Source: Moniliella sp. 'wahieum'
Lineage: Eukaryota
Direction of reading: 5' to 3'
Length of the DNA stretch: 55,478 nt
Assembly: GCA_003971905.1 (NCBI GenBank)
Contig: RSEE01000171.1
Coordinates: forward strand, 1-55,478
Every line of letters begins with the position of its first letter. The stretch's first letter is position 1. This document shows, piece by piece, positions 1-12,100 of the stretch. A program made the translations under genes and the position numbers. The notes under the pieces were generated by a model. It had not been told where the DNA came from. It worked only from the letters and a program-made list of their open reading frames with translations, and made no database searches.

Positions 1-559
1 TAAGCGACCCAACCAAGGAAGCATTGGCAAGCGGGGAGAGGGGAGGAAAGCAAGGAAGGAATGTGACCGGCCGGTCTTGCCTTTGTCGAGACAAGAACGG
101 AACACGTTTTGCTTGCGTTCATCTGGTGGGATGGAACCAGGAGCTGGTCTCTTTGGTCTCTTTGGTACTTTGTGGTTCAACGGCGGCTTTTGCTTTTTGG
201 CAGGGCCGTTGGGTTTGTGAAAAATGCTTTCATTGTCTTTTTTTTCTGTTGCTTCCCCTCCCCTCTTTTTTATGCAATGCCCACGTCTCTCTGCCTCCCA
301 TCGCCACATTGAGTAGATTCGGAGAACAAGAGGGAAGAAACACGGTGGAGAGAGTGTCTGCGCTTAAGCAGATCTGACAAATCATATCCCTCCGACGTCC
401 CAACTGTTTAATTCTTTTCGACTCTCCTTTTTATGATCTGCCCCTGACATGCTCCTCTTTTGGAATGCTGCCACCATCATTACCTCTGTCAGGAGACGGA
501 GATGGGGGAAAGGGTGCAGATGGATTGCATACATCTATGGACGCAGAGGAGGTATATGA

Positions 560-850
560 CCTCCTCAGGAAGGGGGCACAGTCGAGAGGTGGACACAGGA
601 TCTCCCAACTGATAGGAATCACGCCATAGTGCCCATACGGGCCTAGTGGGCAAGGGCCCCCTAGCACGGTGTGATTCTGACAACCTCTCCTTCCATAGAG
701 AGGTGTTTGGCTCGGATCCACAATGTATTACTGACCACACAGCAATGTACAATGTCTTCTTTTGGCGGAGGCACAAAAATAGAGATCTCCTAAGTTGGTA
801 TATTCACCCACATTCATATGAGTACCATTTCATAGTATTCTACTAGAACC
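560..850 (+). mobile_element. Possible degenerate Ty3/gypsy LTR-retrotransposon pol fragment (end of RNase H domain)
   Basis: ORF 646-846 reads FHREVFGSDPQCITDHTAMYNVF..KNRDLLSWYIHPHSYEYHFIVFY. This resembles the gypsy pattern F..Y..G..F.v.TDH.AL..l.....Rl.RW...L..Y.y.I.Y. The region is visibly CpG-poor and more AT-rich than the genes. Confidence 0.4.
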
Positions 851-2487
851 GCGGATTGCACTTCTCCCTTGCCCTTCTCCGCGGCTGACCAGTACATTCT
901 CGTACAGGACGTCTACGCGAGGGAATCCTGTGTCGATTCAGAAACAGAGAGGGGAGAAGAACACATGCTAATGATCATTTTATCATGTGGTTGCTGGGGG
1001 AAACACGGACCGTAGGACGGGGACCAAAAGCACAAGGGAAATGGAAGGGCGTCGAGATTCGCTGATATTGCCACTGAATGCGGAACATTTGAGGGAGGGG
1101 AGAGCTCCGGTCCGTTCGGTCCCGTATTAACCATCGTATTTGACACCACATATTGTCGGACCCGTCCCATCAACGTCATCAACAGAAGATATCGGGGATG
1201 ATCTCAACAGTCTTACCGTCGTCAGGGCGCGGCAGCCCCCCCTTGTTGGAGAGCAAAGCGGTTGCCTTTTTACGTACGTACGGTTGCCCATGGGAGGTGA
1301 ATGGACTGATGGAAAAAGTGTTCTGCGACGCGACCGGGCACTGAGGGACGATTACTGATTACGAGGATATATGGTGGCGAGGGATGAGACGAAGATACCA
1401 AAGAAGTCAGGTCGTCCGAGACGATGTGCCAATAAGCCTCTTCGCTGTGCCTCAGCGTTCAGCTCGGCCGAAATGGGCCAAGTGTGGGCGGAGTGTGGTC
1501 AAGGCGAGGGCGAGGGAGGCGGGGATGGAAGGGAAGGGGGAGATGGGAGAGGCAGAGAGGTGCACATGTCACCCGCTTTGCTGGCCCTCAGCGCCGCCAG
1601 CAGGAAGCCTGTGATGGGATGCTTTAGGAACCGGGACCAGTGCCTGTCGCCCGGCCCTCTCTTCTTGGCGGCTACGCAATGGAGTCAACCACCCGGGGAG
1701 CGTGGGAGGAGGGGAGGGGGCGGAAGGCTGACGCAGTGCTGGTGCCTGAGCCATGGAGAAGGCACAGGCGAGCACGGGCACACGGGCGCTGTGCCTACGG
1801 GGGCGTGTGCCTGGACCAGGGTGCACAGGGTGCATCGTGTGCACCGCTGCCCAGCGCTCGCACCGCGGCAGTGGGTGAGTGTGTGGCGCAGCGGGGGGGC
1901 AGCGCCCGGCTTGGCGCGGGGGCCGGGGCTATCGACCATCGACTATCTCCCGGGCGCATGCAGCATCACATGCACAGCGCTTACACTGGGCCAGGGCGGC
2001 GCGTGGCGGTGAGGAGGTGGGTTGGGCGGCACGCGAGTGTTGATCTATGTATATATGATCGTTGATTAGTTGCCAAGTCGCGCAGAGTAGGCAGATATAC
2101 AGCAAAGCTAGCAACCCCCATCCGTATCATCAATCGCCCCGCGCCTCAGCTGGCATTTCCTCGCTTGCCCCCCCCGCATGCGCTGCGGAGCACCCGCCCC
2201 CTGCGCAGTCCCTGGGGCAGGCACCCCTTCGTCAGTCACTCGTCACTCGCCACTGCCATCAGCCGCGGCTATTATACTCGCTCTCTACAGCCCCTACTAG
2301 CTCCTACTCTCCACCCGTCTCCCACCCACGAGTCACGCCACACACACCCATCCCACAGCGGGGGCATCACGCTGCATATATATATCTTGTGCATTGGCCC
2401 CCTAGCACTACTTGGGACTTGGTCAACGTTATTGGTTGCTGTTTTGGGTAACACGAGCGCTTGCCACCACCACCCCTCGTCGCCACC

Positions 2488-4996
2488 ATGTCCCATCTCT
2501 TCCACAGCTTCATCGATGGCTTCAAGCCCATGGAAACTGCCCCTGGTATGCCTGGCACCGGCCATGGCGGCAACGACAGCCCCAGCAGCGACGCCGAAAA
2601 GACGTCGTTGCACAAGTACGATCTGGAGGGCGATGCCGTCCAAGGCATTGCCTCTGTCGACTCCCCGCCCCGTGGCGATGCTGACGGCGCTCCCGAAGCG
2701 CCCAAGCTGCAGCGCCACCTCAATCAGCGCCACATGCAGATGATTGCCTTTGGCGGCAGGTGCGTAGTCTCCTTTTCTGTTTTATTCCCTTGTTTTGCCA
2801 CCGCGCTCGTTCGAGGGTGTTTTGCTGTTGTGTGCCCCGAGAGCCCTGTACTAACCCTCTTTTTTATCGGATTGGGCATGCAGTATCGGTACGGGTCTGT
2901 TCATCGGGTCCGGCGGAGTGTACCAGACGGGTGGACCTGGGTTCCTGATGCTAGACTACCTGTTGATCGCTAGCATGTTGCTCTGCGTGGTGCTTGACCT
3001 AGGCGAAATGGGAACGCTCTTTCCCATCTCTGGCTCTTTTGCTGCTTACTCCACTCGGTTCATCTCCCCTGCATGGGGCTTTGCTATGGGGTGGAACTAC
3101 TGGATGCAATGGTTCATTGTCCTTCCTCTTGAACTGACCGCCGCCACGATCGTCATTCGTTTTTGGGATCCCAACGAGAACATCAGCCCAGGTGTGTGGC
3201 TCGTGATTTTCATCGTCGTCATTGGGTTCATCAATTTCTTTGGTGTTCGGGGCTACGGCGAGTTTGAGAGCTTTGCGTCCATCATCAAGATCATGTATGT
3301 CTCCTTCCTCCCTTCTTTCCTCTTGCATCCCTTGGCTTTTGGGCGTAACACGCCTTACTTGACTCATCGCCTTCGGACACTGACTCTTTCTTCTTTCTTC
3401 CCACAGTGCCGTGCTGGGCTTCATTAGTACGAATCTCTTTTCGTTAGGGTGGGTTAAAGATGTTCGGAGATGGATGGGCTAACTTTTTTCTGTGTCTGTT
3501 TGTTATTAGTTTGTGGCAGTGTCATCTCGGCCGGTGGAGCTCCGTCGCACGAAAACATTGGCAACCGATACTGGTCGCCACCCTCGGCTGCCTTCAAAAA
3601 TGGCTTCCAGGGGTTCTGCTCAGTATTTACGTCGGCCGCGTTTGCCTTTGCCGGTATGTGCATCCAGCCCCCCGCCCACTACCTCACCTCCTCGAATCCT
3701 TGGCACGTATGCAACACTAACTAGAAACCCATCTGGCACATACAGGGACCGAACTGATCGGTCTTGCCGCTGCCGAGTCGCAGAACCCACGGAAGGACAT
3801 GCCCAAAGCGGCCAAACAAGTCTTCTTCCGTATCATGCTTTTTACGTGGCCTCGCTGTTGGTCGTCACGCTCATTGTCGATCCTGACAACCCACGGTTGA
3901 CGGGCACTTCGTCGTACGATGCGCGCGCTAGCCCCTTTGTGATTGCGATCCAGATTGGTAAGATTCATGCGTTGCCGTCGGTGTTCAACGCGGTGATTTT
4001 GGTTTCGGTCTTGTCGGTGGGCAATTCGGCTGTGTACGGAGGGTCGCGTACATTGACGGCGCTGGCTCAGATGGGCCAGGCGCCACCGCTGTTCAAGTAC
4101 ATTGACCGTAAAGGTCGTCCGTTGCCAGCGGTCATCCTCAGTTTGGCCATGGGCTTCCTCTCGTTCTTGATTTACTCGGCATCGCAAAGTGATGTGTTTA
4201 CGTGGCTGCTGGCTCTCAGTGGACTGTCGACCATCTTTTCTTGTTAGTTCCTTCCTCCTCTTCCTTGCTTCTTGAGTGTTTGCGCACGGTCATTGTGCAG
4301 GCCAGAGTTGCAGCTAACTGGCGTTTTTTTGCGTCTCTGTCTCGTTCCACAGGGGGATCCGTCACGTTTTGCCATTTCCGTTTCCGTCAAGCGTGGGCGT
4401 ATCATGGACACACGTTAGAGGAACTTCCATGGAAGGCACCTACCGGCATGTTTGGATCCATTTGGGGCACATCCTTCTGTACTTTGGTGGTACGTTGATA
4501 ATTGTTCAGTGATTGTGCTTCGGCCCAACAATCGCTCCCTGTATAATATGCGAGTCTAGGAAAAGTGACGACAGTCGTGCTGACTCCCTCATCTCTATCT
4601 TTCCTCTTCGGGTCGTTGCTCTTCCTGCTCCAGGTCATTTTTGAGATCATCATTGGCGCCTGGCCGATCGCGTCGGACTCGACCGCCACTCCTTCGGACC
4701 GTGCGATTGTGTTTTTCCAAGATTGCCTCGCTATCCCGGTCGTCATGCTCTTCTTCTTTGTTGGTTTGCTGGACTGGGACAGCGTGTTCCGCACCGCTTG
4801 GAACGTGACGTATGTTGGCCCCGTGCCCGTGTGGGCATGGCCGACCAAGGTGTGGGCCGACTCCAAGTTCCGCCGGATCGAAGACATTGACATTACCACC
4901 GGCCGACGTCTCATCCCTCTTGACGTTCTCCGACAAGAGCGCGAGGAGGCACGGCACCAACCGTTCGTAAAGAAAGTCTGGAGCTTCTTCTTCTAA
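2488..4996 (+). CDS. Amino acid permease, APC superfamily / yeast amino acid transporter (Gap1-like)
   Basis: Motifs LQRHLNQRHMQMIAFGGSIGTGLF, LGEMGTLFPISGSF, GFAMGWNYW, FGVRGYGEFE, AFAFAGTELIGLAAAE, ARASPFVIA, YIDRKGRP. GT-AG introns at 2760-2883, 3295-3406, 3427-3509, 3654-3745, 4243-4352 and 4490-4633. One T is missing in the run at ~3839-3843, causing a frameshift. Confidence 0.95.
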
Positions 4997-5389
4997 CAGG
5001 GTGTCCTGCCTTTCGTCTCTCTCCCTACTAGCTCTCTCCTGTTGGTCCCTCACCGAGCACTAACACCATTATATACCGTCTATACTTCTCTATATCCCCC
5101 CCCCATTCTCTGTACATTCTGCTGTACGCTTCTCAGAGACGTGCTTTCGTGACCCCCCTCTCCTCTCACGTTTTGGCTCTCCGGGATATCTTACCCTACT
5201 ACTACTTGTACCTGGAGGTGGCATGTGCCTCCTGATGTCTCCCCTCGCATTGCCCCTACGGTCCAAGCCAGGATGTGCACACGGCGCTCTTTTCGTTCCC
5301 ACATGGGGACGAGCTTTTTGACGACTGTTACGATGAAATGACTTTGCTTTATTCTTGCTCTTGTTCCGTTGCATGATGATAATCGCGGC

Positions 5390-8300
5390 AAGGTCATAAC
5401 GCTCTCATCCAAAGGGTCCCTATCTAGTTACATATACTGCCTTTGACCACCTTGGCTTCCCACTCCCACTGATGCCTGATGGTTGTGGATTCAGGCGGGT
5501 CCCGTCGATAGGTATGAACGAACTCTGATTGATAGGTCTGGCAGCTGTGCAGTGGGCGTATTGATTGTCGTACAATTGCAAAACTATATACGCCCTCCGC
5601 CTCCACGGAAGCACTTGGTACCGCGGCTCAGCTTTCCTGATCACCTCTCTTGTCGCGTGATTGCAGTCCAGTCCTGGCGTCTTGATCATCTCGCATTCGA
5701 TGCGTCTCGCTTCTCAACAGAGCACAATCGTTACAACGTGTCGGAGGGAGAGAAGCAGGTGTGCATTAACCCCAACACGCAGGATGCGTCTGGCCTTTGC
5801 ACAGCGTTGGTCAGGTGGACGAGATGGCCAGGGCGCAAGTGCGCGTGTGTGACCACAGTGATATACGATGGTGGATGCATGGCACCTGGGCACACTGCCA
5901 CCCGCAGGTGCACCCTGGTGCACTGCGCCCGCCGGGCGGAATGGCTGGCAGCGGAAGGCGTGCAAAGCAAGGGGCACAATCGACACTCTACCACCGCCGA
6001 TCATCGATCATCGATCGCCGATCACCGGTCCCGTAACCCGTGTTGAGTGGCAATCCATCCCGTCGGGCAGTTGCCGGGGTCCGTTTCGGCCCATCCTCCT
6101 CCGCCTCCTACCCCCCCACCCCACACCATCTCCACCACTGTCCATGACGCCCACGCCTCTCCGCGAGACATCCAATCCGCCACAGACGACGACTGCACGC
6201 AGCGCGATGGACGATCCACTCCACCTCCCGGCGCTCAAGAGTGTCGGGCCTCGTCCCCGGCCTGCGCGCCGCACGCTGCCCCAGCCCCCGCTCGCTACGC
6301 CCCCTGTTCCCCCTGTCGCCTCGCCCACCATGCCACCCTCGCCTCCCTCGGTTGCCTCTCCTCCGCTGCCCAACATGCCTTCCTGGCCCACTTCTCGCTC
6401 GGTCTTTGCGTCTCGCCTGGCCTCGCGCCACCCCCTCCCCGCCACATCACCCACCCCGCCCCTGCCGCCTCCATCCACACGCCCAACAGCGCACGATCTA
6501 CCCACCCCTCCTACCCACGACTCGCCACTTTCTCCTCTTGCGCGGCAGATGGGTCCGCGGCACCGTCGGACCGACAGCGGACGTCGACCGCTCCCTTCCC
6601 TTCCTGTCCCAGCTACTGGCCCCGATCCCTTTTCCCCGCCCCCGAACTCGGCCACTCCTACTTTTTCTTCGCCCATCGTCACCAGCAGTGCACAGGAAGA
6701 TACTAGGGCGGTACCTGCGTCCCCTCCTGACGACGTTGCGTCGGACGATGTGGCCCAGACCAAGACGGATGCGGTGAGCAGGGCGCCCATGGCCGTACCA
6801 ACCTTCTCCTTTGCGGGTCCCGACGAGGAAGGGGAAGAGGAAAAGGACGAGGAAGAGGAGGAACCCAGTTCGATAGTCGTCCATACCATCTCGGTGGGTT
6901 CCGACGAAAATGAACCCACGGGACGCGCACCGGTCGTGCCTTCGTTTTCGTTCGATGCACCTGAGGAGGAGGATACGGACGTCCCTCGCCCTGTTGTGCC
7001 TACTATCTCGTTTGGTGACGAGGAGGAGGAGGAGGAGGAGGAGGAGGAAAATGTCCCGTCCATTCCCAGGATCTCCTTCAAGGTCATAACGCTCTCATCC
7101 AAAGGGTCCCTATCTAGTTACATATACTGCCTTTGACCACCTTGGCTTCCCACTCCCACTGATGCCTGATGGTTGTGGATTCAGGCGGGTCCCGTCGATA
7201 GGTATGAACGAACTCTGATTGATAGGTCTGGCAGCTGTGCAGTGGGCGTATTGATTGTCGTACAATTGCAAAACTATATACGCCCTCCGCCTCCACGGAA
7301 GCACTTGGTACCGCGGCTCAGCTTTCCTGATCACCTCTCTTGTCGCGTGATTGCAGTCCAGTCCTGGCGTCTTGATCATCTCGCATTCGATGCGTCTCGC
7401 TTCTCAACAGAGCACAATCGTTACAACGTGTCGGAGGGAGAGAAGCAGGTGTGCATTAACCCCAACACGCAGGATGCGTCTGGCCTTTGCACAGCGTTGG
7501 TCAGGTGGACGAGATGGCCAGGGCGCAAGTGCGCGTGTGTGACCACAGTGATATACGATGGTGGATGCATGGCACCTGGGCACACTGCCACCCGCAGGTG
7601 CACCCTGGTGCACTGCGCCCGCCGGGCGGAATGGCTGGCAGCGGAAGGCGTGCAAAGCAAGGGGCACAATCGACACTCTACCACCGCCGATCATCGATCA
7701 TCGATCGCCGATCACCGGTCCCGTAACCCGTGTTGAGTGGCAATCCATCCCGTCGGGCAGTTGCCGGGGTCCGTTTCGGCCATCCTCCTCCGCCTCCTAC
7801 CCCCACCACCCCACACCATCTCCACCACTGTCCATGACGCCCACGCCTCTCCGCGAGACATCCAATCCGCCACAGACGACGACTGCACGCAGCGCGATGG
7901 ACGATCCACTCCACCTCCCGGCGCTCAAGAGTGTCGGGCCTCGTCCCCGGCCTGCGCGCCGCACGCTGCCCCAGCCCCCGCTCGCTACGCCCCCTGTTCC
8001 CCCTGTCGCCTCGCCCACCATGCCACCCTCGCCTCCCTCGGTTGCCTCTCCTCCGCTGCCCAACATGCCTTCCTGGCCCACTTCTCGCTCGGTCTTTGCG
8101 TCTCGCCTGGCCTCGCGCCACCCCCTCCCCGCCACATCACCCACCCCGCCCCTGCCGCCTCCATCCACACGCCCAACGCGCACGATCTACCCACCCCTCC
8201 TACCCACGACTCGCCACTTTCTCCTCTTGCGCGGCAGATGGGTCCGCGGCACCGTCGGACCGACAGCGGACGTCGACCGCTCCCTTCCCTTCCTGTCCCA

Positions 8301-8768
8301 GCTACTGGCCCCGATCCCTTTTCCCCGCCCCCGAACTCGGCCACTCCTACTTTTTCTTCGCCCATCGTCACCAGCAGTGCACAGGAAGATACTAGGGCGG
8401 TACCTGCGTCCCCTCCTGACGACGTTGCGTCGGACGATGTGGCCCAGACCAAGACGGATGCGGTGAGCAGGGCGCCCATGGCCGTACCAACCTTCTCCTT
8501 TGCGGGTCCCGACGAGGAAGGGGAAGAGGAAAAGGACGAGGAAGAGGAGGAACCCAGTTCGATAGTCGTCCATACCATCTCGGTGGGTTCCGACGAAAAT
8601 GAACCCACGGGACGCGCACCGGTCGTGCCTTCGTTTTCGTTCGATGCACCTGAGGAGGAGGATACGGACGTCCCTCGCCCTGTTGTGCCTACTATCTCGT
8701 TTGGTGACGAGGAGGAGGAGGAGGAGGAGGAGGAGGAAAATGTCCCGTCCATTCCCAGGATCTCCTTC
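5390..8768. repeat. Direct tandem duplication, two ~1690-bp copies (5390-7079 and 7080-8768)
   Basis: The sequence aggtcataacgctctcatcc starts at 5391 and again at 7081, and both copies end in cccaggatctccttc. The differences I could see are single-base indels at ~6091, ~6115 and ~6488. Confidence 0.97.
6144..7136 (+). CDS. Pro-rich/acidic disordered protein, copy 1 (cut at the duplication junction, 7079)
   Basis: Open frame MTPTPLRETSNPPQ... with RRTLPQPP, RHPLP and RRPLPSLP, then repeated P-x-(I/F)-S-F motifs followed by acidic runs. It reads across the junction into an unrelated tail. Confidence 0.6.
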   Translation: MTPTPLRETSNPPQTTTARSAMDDPLHLPALKSVGPRPRPARRTLPQPPLATPPVPPVASPTMPPSPPSVASPPLPNMPSWPTSRSVFASRLASRHPLPATSPTPPLPPPSTRPTAHDLPTPPTHDSPLSPLARQMGPRHRRTDSGRRPLPSLPVPATGPDPFSPPPNSATPTFSSPIVTSSAQEDTRAVPASPPDDVASDDVAQTKTDAVSRAPMAVPTFSFAGPDEEGEEEKDEEEEEPSSIVVHTISVGSDENEPTGRAPVVPSFSFDAPEEEDTDVPRPVVPTISFGDEEEEEEEEEENVPSIPRISFKVITLSSKGSLSSYIYCL

Positions 8769-8921
8769 GGGGACGACGATGAGGAGGAACAAGATAACCA
8801 TAAACGCCAAATGAAACTACTGTTCACTTACGATGAGGCGGACCGTCCTCCCCGCTTTGCCCAAAAGGGTCGCGTGGGACGCCGACAAAAGAATTTTTAC
8901 GGCCCATGCTTGACGGGTTAA
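7834..8921 (+). CDS. Pro-rich/acidic protein, copy 2 (frameshift at ~8177, C-terminus apparently lost after ~8790)
   Basis: Same sequence as copy 1. It continues SFGDDDEEE, then composition changes abruptly at ~8790. Confidence 0.55.
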
Positions 8922-10363
8922 GCCGTATGGTGGTGGATTGTACCCACAGTCACTAGTCAGGAGAAAGTCGACACAAAGTGTGGTCACGAAATGATCATCT
9001 CTACTAGTCTTTAGCAAAGCACGCAGGTAGAGTTGGGCTGCGCCAGTCTACTCGGCATGTTCAATGCGCTGGAAAGAATGGAGGGTGCAGCCCCATGTTT
9101 ACTTCACTGCATCAACCAGAGAGTGCAGTAGAACTAGTAGTCTTTCGCTCGTATCTTAATGGCTCTGAGATCGGACGCGGGATAGACCCGATGTGAAGGG
9201 TGAAGATCTGTGTGGGTGTATCTCGTCACGATAGCAAATCGAGCGAAAGGTTGGCCTGATGGGAGGTTACTGCACCTTCAACACCTTCAATTATGGTGAG
9301 GAGAACAACGCACAGGTGTGATCGATGCGAGTTTTCTTCTCGGACAAGAGGGCCATTGAGGGTCATGTATCGAATTTATCCTTGATCCTCCCGGCGTTGA
9401 TCCATTCAAATGCCTTTTTTCAGATGTGAGGACAAACACGGTCTACATTGGAGTTGGGCTGCAGGCGGGGAACGCGAGTAGCGTACCAGGGCAAAGCGGA
9501 GGCGGCGGATATCCAGATACTTTGAGGGAACTGACATGCATGACAGGATGACATGATGACAGGTGACGACATGGCGTCAGCGCCATGTCCCTCTCGTCCA
9601 GGGGAAGGAGAAATGAGCAGCAGCGGAATAGCGTGGCTGTGGGAGGGAAGAAGAAGACAGATTTTACCCGTTAAGCTTCTATTACAAACAATTGGTTTCA
9701 TCAGTTTGTTTCTTCACAGTTTGTGGTTCGTCTGGGTAGTGGGTGGCGTCCGGACGGAGTGGTTGGCTCTTGTGCGGGGGTGGGACGAGGGATGGGACGT
9801 GCGACCTTGTGGGATGGGGGTGTGGACGGGGTGGCGAAAAGAAAGGACACGTCGCCACAGTGAGTAGCTAGCGAGCGCAGGCGAGTGCCGTTTCGTATGA
9901 AATGCCCATCGCATGCATGATGCATGATGTCATGGGGGATGGAGTGGGAAATCAGATGCATCTGATGGAGGCTTGGCGGGTGGGCTTGGCCGAAGCGTGA
10001 TCAACTCAGCTGAGCAGCGCCCACCCGTGACGCAGTGCAGTCAGTACATAGTCATCGATCATCCTGACGGCTGTCACCGATGTGGTCGCATCTGATAACC
10101 AGTAAGAGATGCACGCAGCCCAGCTGATAATTAATTTGCCCACCCATTCTTCGCGTCGGGAATCATTTCTCGCTGCTGATCCGCCGGGTGTGGTCCTCTG
10201 GCTGCGCAGATGCCATCGGCTTTGGCGTTACTCCGGTAGTCTTCCCGCCTACGGCCTGCGTCCTGTTGGTCTTCTTTTCCTGCCACCACCTTTCCCTCTC
10301 CTCCTCCTCCCCATCCCCATCTCCATCTCCATCCCCATCCCATCCCCATCTCCATCCCCCACC

Positions 10364-12100
10364 ATGGCTGCTGCTGGACGCGTGTCTGCCTCGGAGCTCG
10401 ACGCTGTCCTCTCCCCTCCCGCGGGGGTACGGACGATTGCCGTGCTGGGCGCCTCGTACGCCGGCCACCGGGCCGTGCAGGTGCTTGCGCCCTCGCTCCC
10501 ACCGCACTGGCGCCTCGTTGTGCTGGAGCGCAACACCCATGCCCCACACCTCTACGCCCTGCCGCGCATGACCGTCGTCACTGGCCACGAGCGCAAAGTC
10601 TTCATCCCGTACGACCGGCTGTTTGCCTCTGCCTCCACCTTGATCCCGCCGTCGCAGGGCGGCCACGCTTTGGTCCAAGCTTGCATCAGCTCGGTCGATG
10701 TGGCCCAGAACCGGGTCGGGTTCCGTCCGCTCGATGCCACCGGTGCCACGGGCCAGGAACGATGGTTGCAAGCGGACTACATTGTGTATGCGCTGGCTCG
10801 GACTTGCCCAGCCCGATCAAACCTCTGGTCTCCGTCTCGGTCTCCGTCTCGGTCTCCGTCTCGGTCCCGTCTCGGTCTGACTCGGACGGAGCGGCGTACA
10901 ATGGCAGCAAACGCAGTGGCATTGCGTTTCTTGAGCAAGCGCAACGCCATCCAGGACGCTGGTTCGGTCTTGGTCATTGGCGGGGGCGCATTGGCGTCCA
11001 ACTGGCCGGGGACATCGCCGAGCGCTTCCCGAAAAACAGGTCACCCTGACCCACAGCCGTACCCTACTGCCTCGCTTCCATTCGTGGATGCACACCCAGG
11101 CCAGCCAAACGCTCGAAGCGTTGGGCGTCAAGCTCGTCCTTGGATCTAGGGTCGACCTCCGCTCGCTCACGCCTACCTCCAAGTCCATTCGGTTGGAGAA
11201 CGGACAAGAACTGCAGGCTGATCTGATTGTACGTCCACCTCCGCTTGCCTTGCCTTGCCTTGCCTTGCCTCCCCTCCTCTTCGCTTTGCGGTGGGTCGGT
11301 GCGTGTGCGTGTGCACGGTAGAGCGTGTTCTGTCGTCCTGACATCTACCTTTTTCTTTGTAGCTCTCCTGTCTTGGGCAGAAAGCCAACACGCACTTCCT
11401 CCCGGCCGACACGATCAGTTCTTCGGGCATGGCAGGGTGCAGCCCACGATGCAGCTGCAAGGCTACCCACATGTATTTGTCATTGGCGATGTAGCCGATG
11501 CGTTTGGCGCGATCAACGCCGGCCACACGGCCTGGGACCAAGCAACCGTCGCAGGAGAGAACCTCCTCAGCTTGATCGCCAACCAAACTGACGACCAGAA
11601 ACCGTCGGGCTCGGCTAGCACACCTCTCCCTCTTGATCGTGCTACCAGACAACCAAGCTGGGACTGCCACGCCCACTCCCACTCCCACTGCCACGACTGC
11701 TACCACCACGACTGCTACCACCACGACTACAGCCCCGCCTCGGCCACCGCTGCACCGCCTACACAGAGTCAAAAGATACATGCACATGTAGCGGATGCGA
11801 CTGCGTGCTAGCGCCCGAAGAACACGAATAGTCCTATCTCCGTTCGCGCCAGCCAGCACTGCACCCACCTTGCCCGACCGCGAACGCGAACGCGAAGGTG
11901 AACGCGAAGGTGGACGTGCGCGGGAACTCAAGCAGTACCAGCCCACGCCGCCGGCCATCAAGGTATCTCTTGGTCTGAGCCGGTCCATTCGCCAAACCCA
12001 GGCGGGACAGTTGATCGCAGGCGAGGGCGGCGCCGAGGACCTCAATGCCTTGAGCATGTGGACCCGCAGGGGAATCCCCACGGACAACTTGGATCTCTGA
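10364..12100 (+). CDS. AIF/AMID (AIFM2/FSP1-like) FAD/NAD(P)-dependent oxidoreductase, multiple frameshifts
   Basis: Motifs spread over several frames: IAVLGASYAG, LVVLERN, ADYIVYAL, YNGSK, SVLVIGGGA, VTLTHSRTLLPRF, LENGQELQADLI, PHVFVIGDVAD, AGHTAWDQA, PAIKVSLGL. Intron 11229-11362. Confidence 0.88.

Noticed and set aside
1371..2065. Overlapping 141-213 aa ORFs upstream of the permease
   Set aside because: Low-complexity GC-rich promoter DNA with no protein-like motifs.
6008..8827. Long minus-strand Gly/Ser-rich ORFs
   Set aside because: They are antisense shadows of the Pro/Glu-rich plus-strand frame in GC-rich DNA.
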